Under the pieces are notes generated by a model. That model saw nothing but the letters and a program-made list of their open reading frames with translations. It made no database searches and was not told where the DNA came from. A stretch of DNA of 64,000 nucleotides. It comes from Bacteroidota bacterium (GTDB lineage: Bacteria; Bacteroidota; Bacteroidia; Chitinophagales; JADIYW01). Positions 8,637 to 17,854 of the stretch are shown here, in pieces (within the stretch, counting starts at the first letter, position 1; each line of letters opens with the position of its first letter). The position numbers were made by a program, and so were the translations under genes. The stretch covers positions 198,142-262,141 of the forward strand of contig CAUJCO010000013.1 of NCBI GenBank assembly GCA_963169645.1, in the 5' to 3' direction.

Positions 8637-9638
8637 TCATAAATTCCAACCTTTGAACAAATTATTTAAAGGTTGCCATGAGGTAGTTAATAAAGTTTGT
8701 CTGCCTTTATCAGCACCATTTGTTGTATCATCTTCAGCATTGCGAAGTAAAATGACATAGGTTTTAGTATCCATATCTACAAAGACCAATACATTCACAT
8801 TTTTACCATTGTATTTCATTGATTGCATAGCATCATTATAAGAAATACAAAATACAAAATCAGCTTTTGTCCAATCAATTGGGTCTATATCCATATTACC
8901 ATTTGGTTTTTTCACTAAATCAGTCAATTTATACCCATAAATAGGACTATTGCTACTTGGAGAGTTAATGTTTTTCTGAAAGAGGTATTCTTGAGTTTTG
9001 AGTTTTAGATAAAATGCGTTTCGAGCATACTCTGTGTCATTATAATTTTCATACACTTCAAAACAACCATTTATAGTTCCGGCATTTCCCCATTGTGCTT
9101 TTCCTACATAATCAGAAAAGTAATTCGAGTAGGTATAGAGCTTGCTTACACCTTCAGTTTCTTGATAGCTGGTATATAACTGGGTAACATTGTTATTATT
9201 CATTACAATATTTTCTGTAACTAATGAAACAGATGTCCAATTGGGCCAATTTCTATCTGCTAAATACATTTCTTGATTATGATTGATAGACAAATCGCCG
9301 TAGTTTGCTTTTATTGTTTTGGCACCTATTGGTCTGCTTTTTATATATTTAAAACTTAAATTAGTTGCATTACCTTCAATAGAAAATGCTGCTTTTTGTG
9401 GATTTAGAGAATCTCGCAAATCATACAATTCGAGGCTGCCATCTTTTTCCATTGATATACTTGGTAGTATTTTTCCTTTTAGATTTTGCGATGGTGTAAC
9501 TTTTGAATCCGGATTGCAAGCTGTAGTTGCCAATAGTGCAATGACAGATAATAGTACCATTATTCGTATATTACTGCATATTATTTTTATCTTATTTAAA
9601 ATAGAAAAAGTAGTATCTCTTTTCATTTCTGTTTTCAT
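8637..9638 (-). CDS. Hypothetical lipoprotein (possible distant paralog of the 11671 gene)
   Basis: Lipobox-like LLATTAC after a hydrophobic stretch. The start is uncertain (ATGs at 9677, 9638, 9626, 9560); 9638 avoids overlap with the upstream gene. No family recognised. Confidence 0.6.
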   Translation of the reverse strand: MKTEMKRDTTFSILNKIKIICSNIRIMVLLSVIALLATTACNPDSKVTPSQNLKGKILPSISMEKDGSLELYDLRDSLNPQKAAFSIEGNATNLSFKYIKSRPIGAKTIKANYGDLSINHNQEMYLADRNWPNWTSVSLVTENIVMNNNNVTQLYTSYQETEGVSKLYTYSNYFSDYVGKAQWGNAGTINGCFEVYENYNDTEYARNAFYLKLKTQEYLFQKNINSPSSNSPIYGYKLTDLVKKPNGNMDIDPIDWTKADFVFCISYNDAMQSMKYNGKNVNVLVFVDMDTKTYVILLRNAEDDTTNGADKGRQTLLTTSWQPLNNLFKGWNL

Positions 9639-9657
9639 TTTTATAGATTTTGTTAGT

Positions 9658-10119
9658 TTAAAAATTAATATTGGCATTATTGATAGTAGTAGTTGTACTG
9701 CTTGATGTAGATTGAATGGTTACGTTATTAATGTTGATTTTTTTACCACTTACAGCAATTGTTTTTGAGCTTGTTGGGTCGGCAGTAATAATATCAGACG
9801 TACCAAGTTGCACACTTCCGCTTGATACATTCAATGAATAATCTTCTACATCAAAAGTACCGCCGGCTTCTGCCTCAGCTTTATTATGAAACGTTATTTG
9901 GATAAACTTATACGGCTCATCTGATTGGCAAACGATGGAATAGTTGTCGTTTACAAATGTTTGTGTTTCAGTATTTCCGGTGTAACTTGTGCCATCAATA
10001 GTGAATGTACCTGTTTTTCCGGAAGTTTCTGTTTTGTCTTTTTTGCAAGCAGCTATACTAAAAAATGTACATAGTGTAATTGCAAATAGCATGATTGATT
10101 TTGAGATTTGATTTTTCAT
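9658..10119 (-). CDS. Hypothetical small lipoprotein
   Basis: MKNQISKSIMLFAITLCTFFSIAACKKDK is a signal peptide plus lipobox Cys. T/S-rich, beta-rich composition. No family recognised. Confidence 0.65.
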   Translation of the reverse strand: MKNQISKSIMLFAITLCTFFSIAACKKDKTETSGKTGTFTIDGTSYTGNTETQTFVNDNYSIVCQSDEPYKFIQITFHNKAEAEAGGTFDVEDYSLNVSSGSVQLGTSDIITADPTSSKTIAVSGKKININNVTIQSTSSSTTTTINNANINF

Positions 10120-10259
10120 TTTTTTTTAAATTTAGAGATGATTAATTCGTTAATCAAAGTTGATTTATTTCGCATTTACACACAAAAGCAATAAATAATA
10201 TTTGTGAGTGCTGTTTCATTTATCATGTTTGTAATCTTTTGATTTTCATAATATTACTC

Positions 10260-11333
10260 TTATTTACTTTTTCTATAATCCTCTAAGCAATTGGTATAAT
10301 TTTCCCATTTTTCATCTGTTCCACCAGAAAATGACAATGGCAATTTTGGCAATGTTTTAAATGCGTCATTAATGCAACTCATAAAATCATTTTGATTTAG
10401 ATACGTGTAGATATAATAGGTTATTCCATCATTTGCCGACATCAAAAATGCTACTATTGCAGCTGCATCTTTCTCTAATGTATCAATTAAACATGCATGC
10501 ATTTCATCTACCAATGTTTGTTCGTTTTTGTCTTCATTAAATGTGGTTGAATTATATTTTACATTTACAAGCATGCCGTATTTGCCTGTATCTCGTACGT
10601 TTTCTATGTTAGGACGCAAATGCACACTTTCATTTTTTATATTGAAAGTTTGCCATTCGTCATTTAAAGAAATGCCGTTTACTTGATATAATTTCGGCGT
10701 AGCTTCTTCTTTAATTTGTAAGCTATTTTTATACATCCATTTCATTTTTCGTTTCAGATAATTATAATATTTTCCATCTATTGAAAAGGTGGCAGTAACG
10801 CTATCGCATTGCATTCTTTCTTTGCCTTCTGTATCAAAAATAAATTGAACAGCAGTTGATGATAATTCTACCCTTTCTACACCACCATATAAACTAAATG
10901 ATTGGTTATTGATAGAAATATGGACTCTGCCATTAATGTAATTTTTTTCAAAATCATCTTTAGCATCAAAGCCAAGTTGCAATACGATGTGCTGTTGTGT
11001 TGAGTTATTTATAAATTCTATCATCTGCACATCATACTCACTGATGTAAATGGAAACTTTGGTTGCATTAAAATCTGTGGGTAAATTACTTTTTGGAGTT
11101 GTTGGTGTATTCGCAACCGGTGCTGCACCTTTCATCATAGCTGCGGAAAATGCCATAGCTGTTTTGCCCATATCTGATGGGTCCATCATTTTTGAAGTGT
11201 AATAATTTTTGGCTTCTTCCCACTGAGCCAAAGTGTAGCCGTGTGCTGCGCAAATGTCTTGTTCTTGTTGTGTATTGCCTGCTGCCGAAATCATCGGCAA
11301 ATAAATGGCTGCGTATTGTTCTAATGTTAGCAT
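10260..11333 (-). CDS. Hypothetical cytoplasmic protein, C-terminal region DUF695-like (tentative)
   Basis: 357 aa with no signal peptide. The C-terminal ~140 aa (…ITYYIYTYLNQNDF…LPLSFSGGTDEKWENY) resemble the DUF695 pattern as I remember it. The N-terminal ~75 aa form a small helical domain. Confidence 0.55.
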   Translation of the reverse strand: MLTLEQYAAIYLPMISAAGNTQQEQDICAAHGYTLAQWEEAKNYYTSKMMDPSDMGKTAMAFSAAMMKGAAPVANTPTTPKSNLPTDFNATKVSIYISEYDVQMIEFINNSTQQHIVLQLGFDAKDDFEKNYINGRVHISINNQSFSLYGGVERVELSSTAVQFIFDTEGKERMQCDSVTATFSIDGKYYNYLKRKMKWMYKNSLQIKEEATPKLYQVNGISLNDEWQTFNIKNESVHLRPNIENVRDTGKYGMLVNVKYNSTTFNEDKNEQTLVDEMHACLIDTLEKDAAAIVAFLMSANDGITYYIYTYLNQNDFMSCINDAFKTLPKLPLSFSGGTDEKWENYTNCLEDYRKSK

Positions 11334-11347
11334 ATTTTTTGTTTTAT

Positions 11348-11641
11348 TTAGTGAATAATTTGTTTGTTTTTAGAAGCAGGAGAACTTGGATGAATGCCCA
11401 TAATGGCATCTTTGCATATATTACAAACCAATCCTAATTCTGCACCTACTTTTATATCTTTATAATCGTGTATGGTAATTGTGTTGTCGAAATGAAATCG
11501 TTCTTTTAATCTTTTTGGATCTAATACCACATCAAAATAAACCCACTCTCTACAATTTTTCGACCAAACCTGACCTCTATAAATTTCATTTGCTCCTTGT
11601 GTTTTTAAATAATCTTCCAATGGTTTCAGATGTGAACACAT
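11348..11641 (-). CDS. Hypothetical small protein with possible Cys/His metal site
   Basis: 97 aa with C2-x-H4 at the N-terminus and CNIC (CxxC) at residues 73-76. Sits 15 nt upstream of the 357-aa gene and 30 nt downstream of the 11671 gene, so operon context supports it. Confidence 0.45.
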   Translation of the reverse strand: MCSHLKPLEDYLKTQGANEIYRGQVWSKNCREWVYFDVVLDPKRLKERFHFDNTITIHDYKDIKVGAELGLVCNICKDAIMGIHPSSPASKNKQIIH

Positions 11642-11670
11642 TTCAAAAATTTTATGGTTGTATAATGTGG

Positions 11671-12567
11671 TTATTTACTAAAATCAAATGGAGCATTTTC
11701 GCCAGCAGTACCTGACTTTCCTTTGAAAGAGTACTCAAAATCATAGACGTTGTAAGTATCAAAAGTGAAAGATGGATTGTTGGTATTTTTATTTATTCGA
11801 GAAAGGATATACATTTTTTGTGCATCGTAATCGAAGAAATAATATAAACTTTCATTGTCTTTGTCGTTGGAGCAAGTAACGGCATCAATATTTTTCCAAT
11901 CAATTTTATTGGCGTTGGTGCACAAATCGGGTAAAGGATAGGATAACAATAAATCTGCACCATCTCGAAATCCATAATACAAATATTTTTGATTTGGGAA
12001 ATCATACAACATATACGTTGTGGTCTTATCGTTATTATCATACGCTCTTTCATACGAATAAGTCGCAGCAGAAATTTTATTTATAGTATTAAATGCAGTA
12101 GAAACATCCGTAAATACACTGTTAAAATTTAAAGTGGCATTAAACAAAACAAGACTTCCTTCAAGCCATTTTATATGGTCTTGTGTGTGAATTTTATTTG
12201 TTTCCGGATCAAATAATTTTGCATTACAAGTCATAAATGCATGCTCATTTTTAATGGGCAACATGTAATCATCCGGTGTAATAATTTCCTTTAAATAAAA
12301 TTTTGTAAAATCGTCGGGTTCCATACGTACAATACGCCATTCATTTCCTTTCTTTTGATAGAAATCTAAGGTTTTCATATAGCCATTATTATCCAAAGCC
12401 ATATTTACCAACTTCGTAAATTTCCATTTATCATCAGGATTTTTTTCTTCTTTTGAACAAGAAATAATCATTATACTGCTGATAAAAAAAAGGAAATAAA
12501 ATCTTTTAAATGATAAAATACTTTTAATGAAAAAATGGTTACTTGATTTGATAATAGAATTTTTCAT
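11671..12567 (-). CDS. Hypothetical lipoprotein (possible distant paralog of the 8637 gene)
   Basis: From the ATG at 12567: MKNSIIKSS...FYFLFFISSIMIISCSKEE, a hydrophobic segment plus lipobox Cys. The C-terminal IDWKNIDAVTCSNDKD...LYYFFDYDAQKMYILSR parallels IDWTKADFVFCISYND...VLVFVDMDTKTYVILLR in the 8637 product. Confidence 0.6.
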   Translation of the reverse strand: MKNSIIKSSNHFFIKSILSFKRFYFLFFISSIMIISCSKEEKNPDDKWKFTKLVNMALDNNGYMKTLDFYQKKGNEWRIVRMEPDDFTKFYLKEIITPDDYMLPIKNEHAFMTCNAKLFDPETNKIHTQDHIKWLEGSLVLFNATLNFNSVFTDVSTAFNTINKISAATYSYERAYDNNDKTTTYMLYDFPNQKYLYYGFRDGADLLLSYPLPDLCTNANKIDWKNIDAVTCSNDKDNESLYYFFDYDAQKMYILSRINKNTNNPSFTFDTYNVYDFEYSFKGKSGTAGENAPFDFSK

Positions 12568-12714
12568 AGCATGTAATTTTTTGTTGTCACAAAATTGTTT
12601 CAACATGCTAAAAAGTAAAAACGAACTATTTTTGATTTGTGAGTAGAATATCAAAAATTAAACAAACAAAAACCTCACTATCAACTAATTAAACAAAAAT
12701 AAATCATATAAAAA

Positions 12715-14169
12715 CTAGTGAAAAATCCTTTCAACTTCATCATTTAACCAACGTGCAACAGAAACGTTTTTAAATTCAATGGTCGAAGTTTCTTCAAATA
12801 GTTGTATTTCTTTTTTCAATTTTTGGATGTCTGTTGCAGGCCATTTTTTATGAATTTTATTTTTTACAGACAAAGTAAAGAGTAACTTATATAATGAAGA
12901 AATCGGCTTATAATATTGCATCTTTTCAGATGATTTTGCTTGCAATAAACTATTGATGATGGAAAGTGCAGTATCAAATTCATTTATTAAATAAAAATAG
13001 GCTGACTTGATTACTTTCAACATATAATTTTGTGGAAATGGGGCAGCATCTAAATCATAGGAAATATACTTGCTTAAATTTTCTGTATCCCGTAAATAGA
13101 GGTAGCAAATAAGTTTATTGTAAAGCAACATATTTTTATACAAAGGGTTTTCATTTGAAAACTCATTTTCTAAAATATATAGTGCTTCTTTATAAAATTT
13201 ACATTTTACCAAATTCGTAATAAAGTTCACATAAAAAACTGTTCTAAAATGCACATTCATTAATTGTGCTTCTTGTCTTATAGAATTTAGAATTTCATGT
13301 GCTTCTAAAAAAAAACCGTTGGCGGAAAGTTCTCTACCTTTTGCCATTATCACTTGAAATTGAGCTTCCTTTAATAATTTATTTTTCGCTGCAAGTGGTT
13401 GGATTATTTGTATCGCTTCGTTCAAATAAAATAGTTGCTTAGTAAATGCATTTGGATCCGATGTTATCGTTATCGATTGTGCATAATTATTATAAAAATT
13501 ACTGATAGGGTTTTTTGTTAAAGACAAATGATATTCGTCTAATAATAAGGACTCACGATATTCGTTATTATGGCTGTATGCTAACCAATTATGATACATT
13601 TTAAATTGGTTTAATTTGGCACAATATGCCGAAATCATATCATTTAATACGTGCGTAGATTGTTGTATTAATTCCGGATATTGGTTCATGCGTTTTGCTA
13701 AATCCGAAATTTTATAATGTAAATTATTGAGCTGCAACAAACACGCATCTAATACGAAATTATAAGAGGCATAGTTTTCTTTTGTTTGCAATAATGAGTC
13801 GAATATGTCGTCCATTCCGGACGTAAATTTTAATCTATCATAGGCATGTATCAACAGCCAACTATTATACGCTTCATTATTTTTAGAAATATTTTCATGT
13901 TCTACCTGAATTAGAAATTTTTCTAATTCTTCTTTTAACAATCGTATTTCATTACGCCATAAATAATCACCTTTTTCTGAATAAGTTTTCCCAAATAGTT
14001 TTTTATACAATAATTCCTTTTGCAATTGTTCTTCATTCTTTGCACTGGCAATGAGTTTGTATAGTTTTTCAGTGCGTTGTTTTTTTGATACTGCTAAATA
14101 TTTCAGTACTTCTTTAGCATACGTAGCTTCTATTTTTTGAACCAATAATACAATAGGATGTTGTTGCAT
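12715..14169 (-). CDS. Hypothetical all-alpha / TPR-like repeat protein
   Basis: 484 aa with no signal peptide or TM segment. Repetitive helical, Leu/Tyr/Asn-rich composition. First gene of the six-gene minus-strand island. No family recognised. Confidence 0.55.
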   Translation of the reverse strand: MQQHPIVLLVQKIEATYAKEVLKYLAVSKKQRTEKLYKLIASAKNEEQLQKELLYKKLFGKTYSEKGDYLWRNEIRLLKEELEKFLIQVEHENISKNNEAYNSWLLIHAYDRLKFTSGMDDIFDSLLQTKENYASYNFVLDACLLQLNNLHYKISDLAKRMNQYPELIQQSTHVLNDMISAYCAKLNQFKMYHNWLAYSHNNEYRESLLLDEYHLSLTKNPISNFYNNYAQSITITSDPNAFTKQLFYLNEAIQIIQPLAAKNKLLKEAQFQVIMAKGRELSANGFFLEAHEILNSIRQEAQLMNVHFRTVFYVNFITNLVKCKFYKEALYILENEFSNENPLYKNMLLYNKLICYLYLRDTENLSKYISYDLDAAPFPQNYMLKVIKSAYFYLINEFDTALSIINSLLQAKSSEKMQYYKPISSLYKLLFTLSVKNKIHKKWPATDIQKLKKEIQLFEETSTIEFKNVSVARWLNDEVERIFH

Positions 14170-14221
14170 ATAATAAATATATTAAAACAAAATCAATATA
14201 TTACAAAAAAGAAAGATTAAA

Positions 14222-15430
14222 TTATTTCTTGTTTTCTGTTGCTATCGAAAATGCAAATGAAACTACGTGAGCTTGTAATTTATTAGAGCGATAATAAAAC
14301 GCATACCGCAGTAAAATAGCATCCATCATCGCCTTTTTTGAATTTTTATTTATTGGGAAAAACTTAAAACCAACACCTGCTTTATACGTATTGTATTTTG
14401 CATAATCATAATCGGATGTGTAAAAAATTTCATCTATTGAATGTTCCTTATATGGTTTAAAATATCGGGATGCCGATTGATGATAAAATCGGAAATTAGC
14501 TAAAAGACTAAATTGCGGTTTCACTTTTACGACACCTTCTAATTCGATACTATTTCCACGTACACCAAAATTATCAACATAAAATCCATATTGATTTTTC
14601 AAAATAAAGCGAGTGTCAATAAAAGCATTTAGTTTTATTGCCAATGGAAACCGAAAACGAAATGTAGGAAGATTTTCTACACGTTTAGAATCATCTGTAA
14701 AATATACTCTGTGAAATGGTGTTGCTAACAATCCTTTTTGAAAAATAAATTCCGGAAAAATTCCCATTATTACTTTTTTGGAAAGCACTTGTGTAAAGCC
14801 TGTTTTTAGTTGATATGTATAACGGTTATGCGTATCATACCAATCTTTGTATCTCAACTCAGATGGATATACCAAAGTTAACGGTTCGTCTTTTTTTCCA
14901 CGTCCCCAACGTAAATCATCTATAGATGCAGCAAAACCCAATTGATATGTTTGCATCTTAGAAGGCGAAGTATAATCAACTGATAAATGGATAGGAAATG
15001 CGAAATAATCGGACTCAAATGCAAGTCCTAAGCCGCCATTTATTTTGACTGGTTTGTTTTTTAATTGACGTTGATAAGCAGCATCGAAATGAACACGTTG
15101 GTCGAGGATAGATGCCGAAGATACTCTATAATCAATCTTATCCGTCGAAGCTGAAGAAATAATATCTATTCCTGAATTAAGTGAGAAAGTATTTAATTCT
15201 TTAAACTGATGTTTTACATCAACATTAATTACATACACCGATAATTTTTCTGTACCAATGCCGCCGGTTACTGCAGAATTATTACCATTTTGTCCATAAT
15301 ACGAGAATGCAAAATCAATGTTTGTTTTTGATAATTTCTTTTTTTGAAATGTTGTATCAGAAAAAGCAGACTTAGCTTTTATCAATTGCGATAACGCCAT
15401 TAAACCAAAAAGTATATATCGCTTTTTCAT
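14222..15430 (-). CDS. DUF3570-type predicted outer-membrane beta-barrel protein
   Basis: Signal peptide MKKRYILFGLMALSQLIKA and alternating beta-strand pattern with an aromatic C-terminal region. Canonical neighbour of DUF4266 and ApbE. Confidence 0.7.
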   Translation of the reverse strand: MKKRYILFGLMALSQLIKAKSAFSDTTFQKKKLSKTNIDFAFSYYGQNGNNSAVTGGIGTEKLSVYVINVDVKHQFKELNTFSLNSGIDIISSASTDKIDYRVSSASILDQRVHFDAAYQRQLKNKPVKINGGLGLAFESDYFAFPIHLSVDYTSPSKMQTYQLGFAASIDDLRWGRGKKDEPLTLVYPSELRYKDWYDTHNRYTYQLKTGFTQVLSKKVIMGIFPEFIFQKGLLATPFHRVYFTDDSKRVENLPTFRFRFPLAIKLNAFIDTRFILKNQYGFYVDNFGVRGNSIELEGVVKVKPQFSLLANFRFYHQSASRYFKPYKEHSIDEIFYTSDYDYAKYNTYKAGVGFKFFPINKNSKKAMMDAILLRYAFYYRSNKLQAHVVSFAFSIATENKK

Positions 15431-15435
15431 ACCGT

Positions 15436-15654
15436 TTAATTACAACCACAACTTCCGGCATTCGCTGAACTTCCTGCTGGATAGGCACTTTCGCGAATAT
15501 CTTGTACATGTTGTTCAAATTGTTTTCCTGCATCGTTGCCCATTTGCATTTCTCTATCATTCAAATATACTCGCTGATAGGGTTTTACAACGGTACAACT
15601 TTCTATTAAAAAACATAGAATAAATCCAAGCACAAAATATTTAAACCAATGCAT
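15436..15654 (-). CDS. DUF4266-type small lipoprotein
   Basis: 72 aa with lipobox FLIESC and a C-terminus ...GSCGCN, matching the GCGCN-type ending I recall for DUF4266. Lies 5 nt upstream of the DUF3570 gene. Confidence 0.75.
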   Translation of the reverse strand: MHWFKYFVLGFILCFLIESCTVVKPYQRVYLNDREMQMGNDAGKQFEQHVQDIRESAYPAGSSANAGSCGCN

Positions 15655-16570
15655 TATTTAATTGAATGTGATTAGATAAAAATACTTTATTTTCTGCATT
15701 AATTATAATTGCATGTGTTTGTGGTAATTGATTGATAAAATGCAACCCAACCTCAGTTCCCATTACATACACAGCTGTTGCCAATGCATCGCAAAGTTCT
15801 GCACTGCGGTGAAAAATACTGACACTCTTTATCGTGCTTAATGGCAAACCTGTTTTGGGATGTATGGTATGCGAATGCCGAATTCCATTTTTTATAAAAT
15901 ATTGTTCATAGTCGCCGGATGTTGCTATAGCACCTTCTATAATTGGAATAGAAAATAATATTTCCGTTTTATTATCCGGATTAGGAATGCCTATTTTCCA
16001 ATCTGTACCATCTGCACGCTTCCCAAATACCGATAAATCGCCACTTGCATTGATGGCACCACCACCTACATTTTTGTCTTGCCATATTTTTCGAACGCAA
16101 TCTGCTGCATAACCTTTTCCAATTGCTGCAAAACTAATTCTCATATTTTTCTTTGATAGAAACACTTTATTTTTTTCTAATAAATGTAGATGCTGAAAGC
16201 CTATAATTTTTAAGGTATCTTGTATTTTCTTATTAGATGGAAAAGTGAAATCTTGTTGTTTAAAATTATACAATTGTTTTAAAGGACTCACCGTAATATC
16301 AAATGCTCCTTGTGTAATCGAGGCAATATTTTGGGCTCGTTGTAACAATTGATAAACTTCATCCGAAACTTCTATAGGTGCAATTCCGGCATGTTGATTT
16401 ATGTCCGATGTAATTGAAGTATCCGAATATTCAGTCAATAAAAATTCAATCCGTTTTATTTCTTGTATCGCTGATTGTAGCAAAATATCGGCTTCGTTGT
16501 CATCGTGGTGTACTACTATAATTTCAAAGGCACAACCCATTAATCGCGTATGTACACTGTATTCTTTCAT
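15641..16570 (-). CDS. apbE: FAD:protein FMN transferase (ApbE family)
   Basis: ApbE-type motifs AAIGKGYAAD, TSGDYEQYF and HSHTIHPKTGLP. Overlaps the downstream gene by 14 nt and the upstream gene by 4 nt. Confidence 0.85.
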   Translation of the reverse strand: MKEYSVHTRLMGCAFEIIVVHHDDNEADILLQSAIQEIKRIEFLLTEYSDTSITSDINQHAGIAPIEVSDEVYQLLQRAQNIASITQGAFDITVSPLKQLYNFKQQDFTFPSNKKIQDTLKIIGFQHLHLLEKNKVFLSKKNMRISFAAIGKGYAADCVRKIWQDKNVGGGAINASGDLSVFGKRADGTDWKIGIPNPDNKTEILFSIPIIEGAIATSGDYEQYFIKNGIRHSHTIHPKTGLPLSTIKSVSIFHRSAELCDALATAVYVMGTEVGLHFINQLPQTHAIIINAENKVFLSNHIQLNNALV

Positions 16571-17013
16571 TTGTGATGTGCGACAAGCTGTTGTTGAATT
16601 TTAGCAATAAATTGAGCTGTATTATCTTTCTTATAATCTATAAGTACAAAATCGGCATCTGTAAAATACAAAACGATAGTTGGAAAAATGCCTTCCGGAT
16701 TATATCGTGCTGCTAAGGTTTCATTTTGCTTTAATTGTTCCGGATTTATATTTTTTCGTTGAGGAAAATCTGCATTATATAACAAGATGTTATCCAATGC
16801 GAAATTTTGGAATACAGTATCTTGTACTATTTGCTTATCAAAACGAATACAATTTACACACCAATCGGAACCGGAAAAATAAAGTAAAATAGGTTTTTGT
16901 TGCTCCTTGGCTTTAACACACAAACTATCAAAAGAAATTTCCTGTGTAAAGCAAACTGCATTGCCGAAAAGACTGAAGATTAGAAAAAAAAACAGCTGAT
17001 AAATGCGATTCAT
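16567..17013 (-). CDS. Secreted thioredoxin-fold protein (CxxC = WCVNC)
   Basis: From the ATG at 17013: MNRIYQLFFFLIFSLFGNAVCFTQ signal peptide, then ILLYFSGSDWCVNCIRFDK thioredoxin-like active site. The ORF-track start at 17043 adds 10 poorly fitting residues. Confidence 0.75.
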   Translation of the reverse strand: MNRIYQLFFFLIFSLFGNAVCFTQEISFDSLCVKAKEQQKPILLYFSGSDWCVNCIRFDKQIVQDTVFQNFALDNILLYNADFPQRKNINPEQLKQNETLAARYNPEGIFPTIVLYFTDADFVLIDYKKDNTAQFIAKIQQQLVAHHK

Positions 17014-17284
17014 CCAAATTGGTTTCCAATAAAGATACATCACCTTTTAAATAAATAGATAATTTATTGCTCGCTTTAATAAAGTAAGATTGAAAAACTA
17101 CATACGTAGAACGTCGTCTTATTTCCATTTCTTACCACCAAATTATCTACAATCTACTTTTTTGTTTATAAGCACATGTTGAAAAAACAAGCTTGAAAAC
17201 CATATAGTTAAGTATGAAATTCACACACAATGCACAGGAAATTGATAGATATACACATTTTTTAAGTTATCAACACACTTATTA

Positions 17285-17324
17285 GTGGTAAAAAATGGAA
17301 GTAAATGGGAATTTATGGTAATTT
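17285..17324 (+). promoter_or_regulatory. Putative MraZ operator: four direct repeats with exact 10-bp phasing
   Basis: GTGGTAAAAA / ATGGAAGTAA / ATGGGAATTT / ATGGTAATTT, with TGG at 17286, 17296, 17306 and 17316. Located immediately upstream of the mraZ -7 box. Confidence 0.6.
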
Positions 17325-17330
17325 TTCATT

Positions 17331-17338
17331 TATTTTTG
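17331..17338 (+). promoter_or_regulatory. -7 promoter box TATTTTTG for the dcw cluster
   Basis: Exact TAnnTTTG match, 24 nt upstream of the mraZ ATG. Confidence 0.55.
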
Positions 17339-17362
17339 TCTTAGAAATTCGAATATCTACGT

Positions 17363-17824
17363 ATGCTCTCCTTTACAGGTCAATATGAAGTAAAAGTAGA
17401 CGGCAAAGGCCGCCTTCGATTACCATCTGACCTATTGCGACAAATACCAACAGAAACCAACACTCAATATGTCCTTAATAAAGGATTAGACAACTGCTTA
17501 CGATTGTATCCCATAACACAATGGAATGCAATTACACAAGAGATGAATAAAAACTTAAGTTGGTTTAAATCGGAAGAGCGTACTTTCTTACGCTATTTCT
17601 ATCAAGCGGCAGCACAAGTAGATTTAGATAGCAACGACCGAATTATTATTCCCAAAAGATTAACGGAAAGTGCAGGTATACAATCCGAAGTTGTCATCAT
17701 AGCCTACGGTGATGTGATTGAGATTTGGAATAGCGAAAGCTATTACAACAATGTAGCCAAAGAGCCGGAAAACTTTGCACAAATGGCGGATAATATCTGG
17801 ACCAAATTAGGCAACCCAAAATAG
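17363..17824 (+). CDS. mraZ: Transcriptional regulator MraZ
   Basis: Two SpoVT/AbrB-like halves (VDGKGRLRLPSDL and DSNDRIIIPKRL). First gene of the dcw cluster. Confidence 0.92.
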   Translation: MLSFTGQYEVKVDGKGRLRLPSDLLRQIPTETNTQYVLNKGLDNCLRLYPITQWNAITQEMNKNLSWFKSEERTFLRYFYQAAAQVDLDSNDRIIIPKRLTESAGIQSEVVIIAYGDVIEIWNSESYYNNVAKEPENFAQMADNIWTKLGNPK

Positions 17825-17854
17825 TTCTTTCATTTAAAAACACAAGCCAATAAC

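Noticed and set aside
15250-15290. SAVTGGIGT in the DUF3570-type protein (aa 52-60) as an ApbE flavinylation site.
   Set aside because: The acceptor motif is [S/T]GA[S/T]. Here the sequence is TGGI, with no Ser or Thr at the modified position, so it is not a credible acceptor. The weaker SSAS motifs are mentioned only as a hypothesis in the findings.
15372-15560. The 62-aa ORF 15372-15560(-) overlapping the DUF4266/DUF3570 junction.
   Set aside because: It is out of frame with, and fully overlapped by, two genes that have clear lipoprotein or signal-peptide features. It has no independent support.
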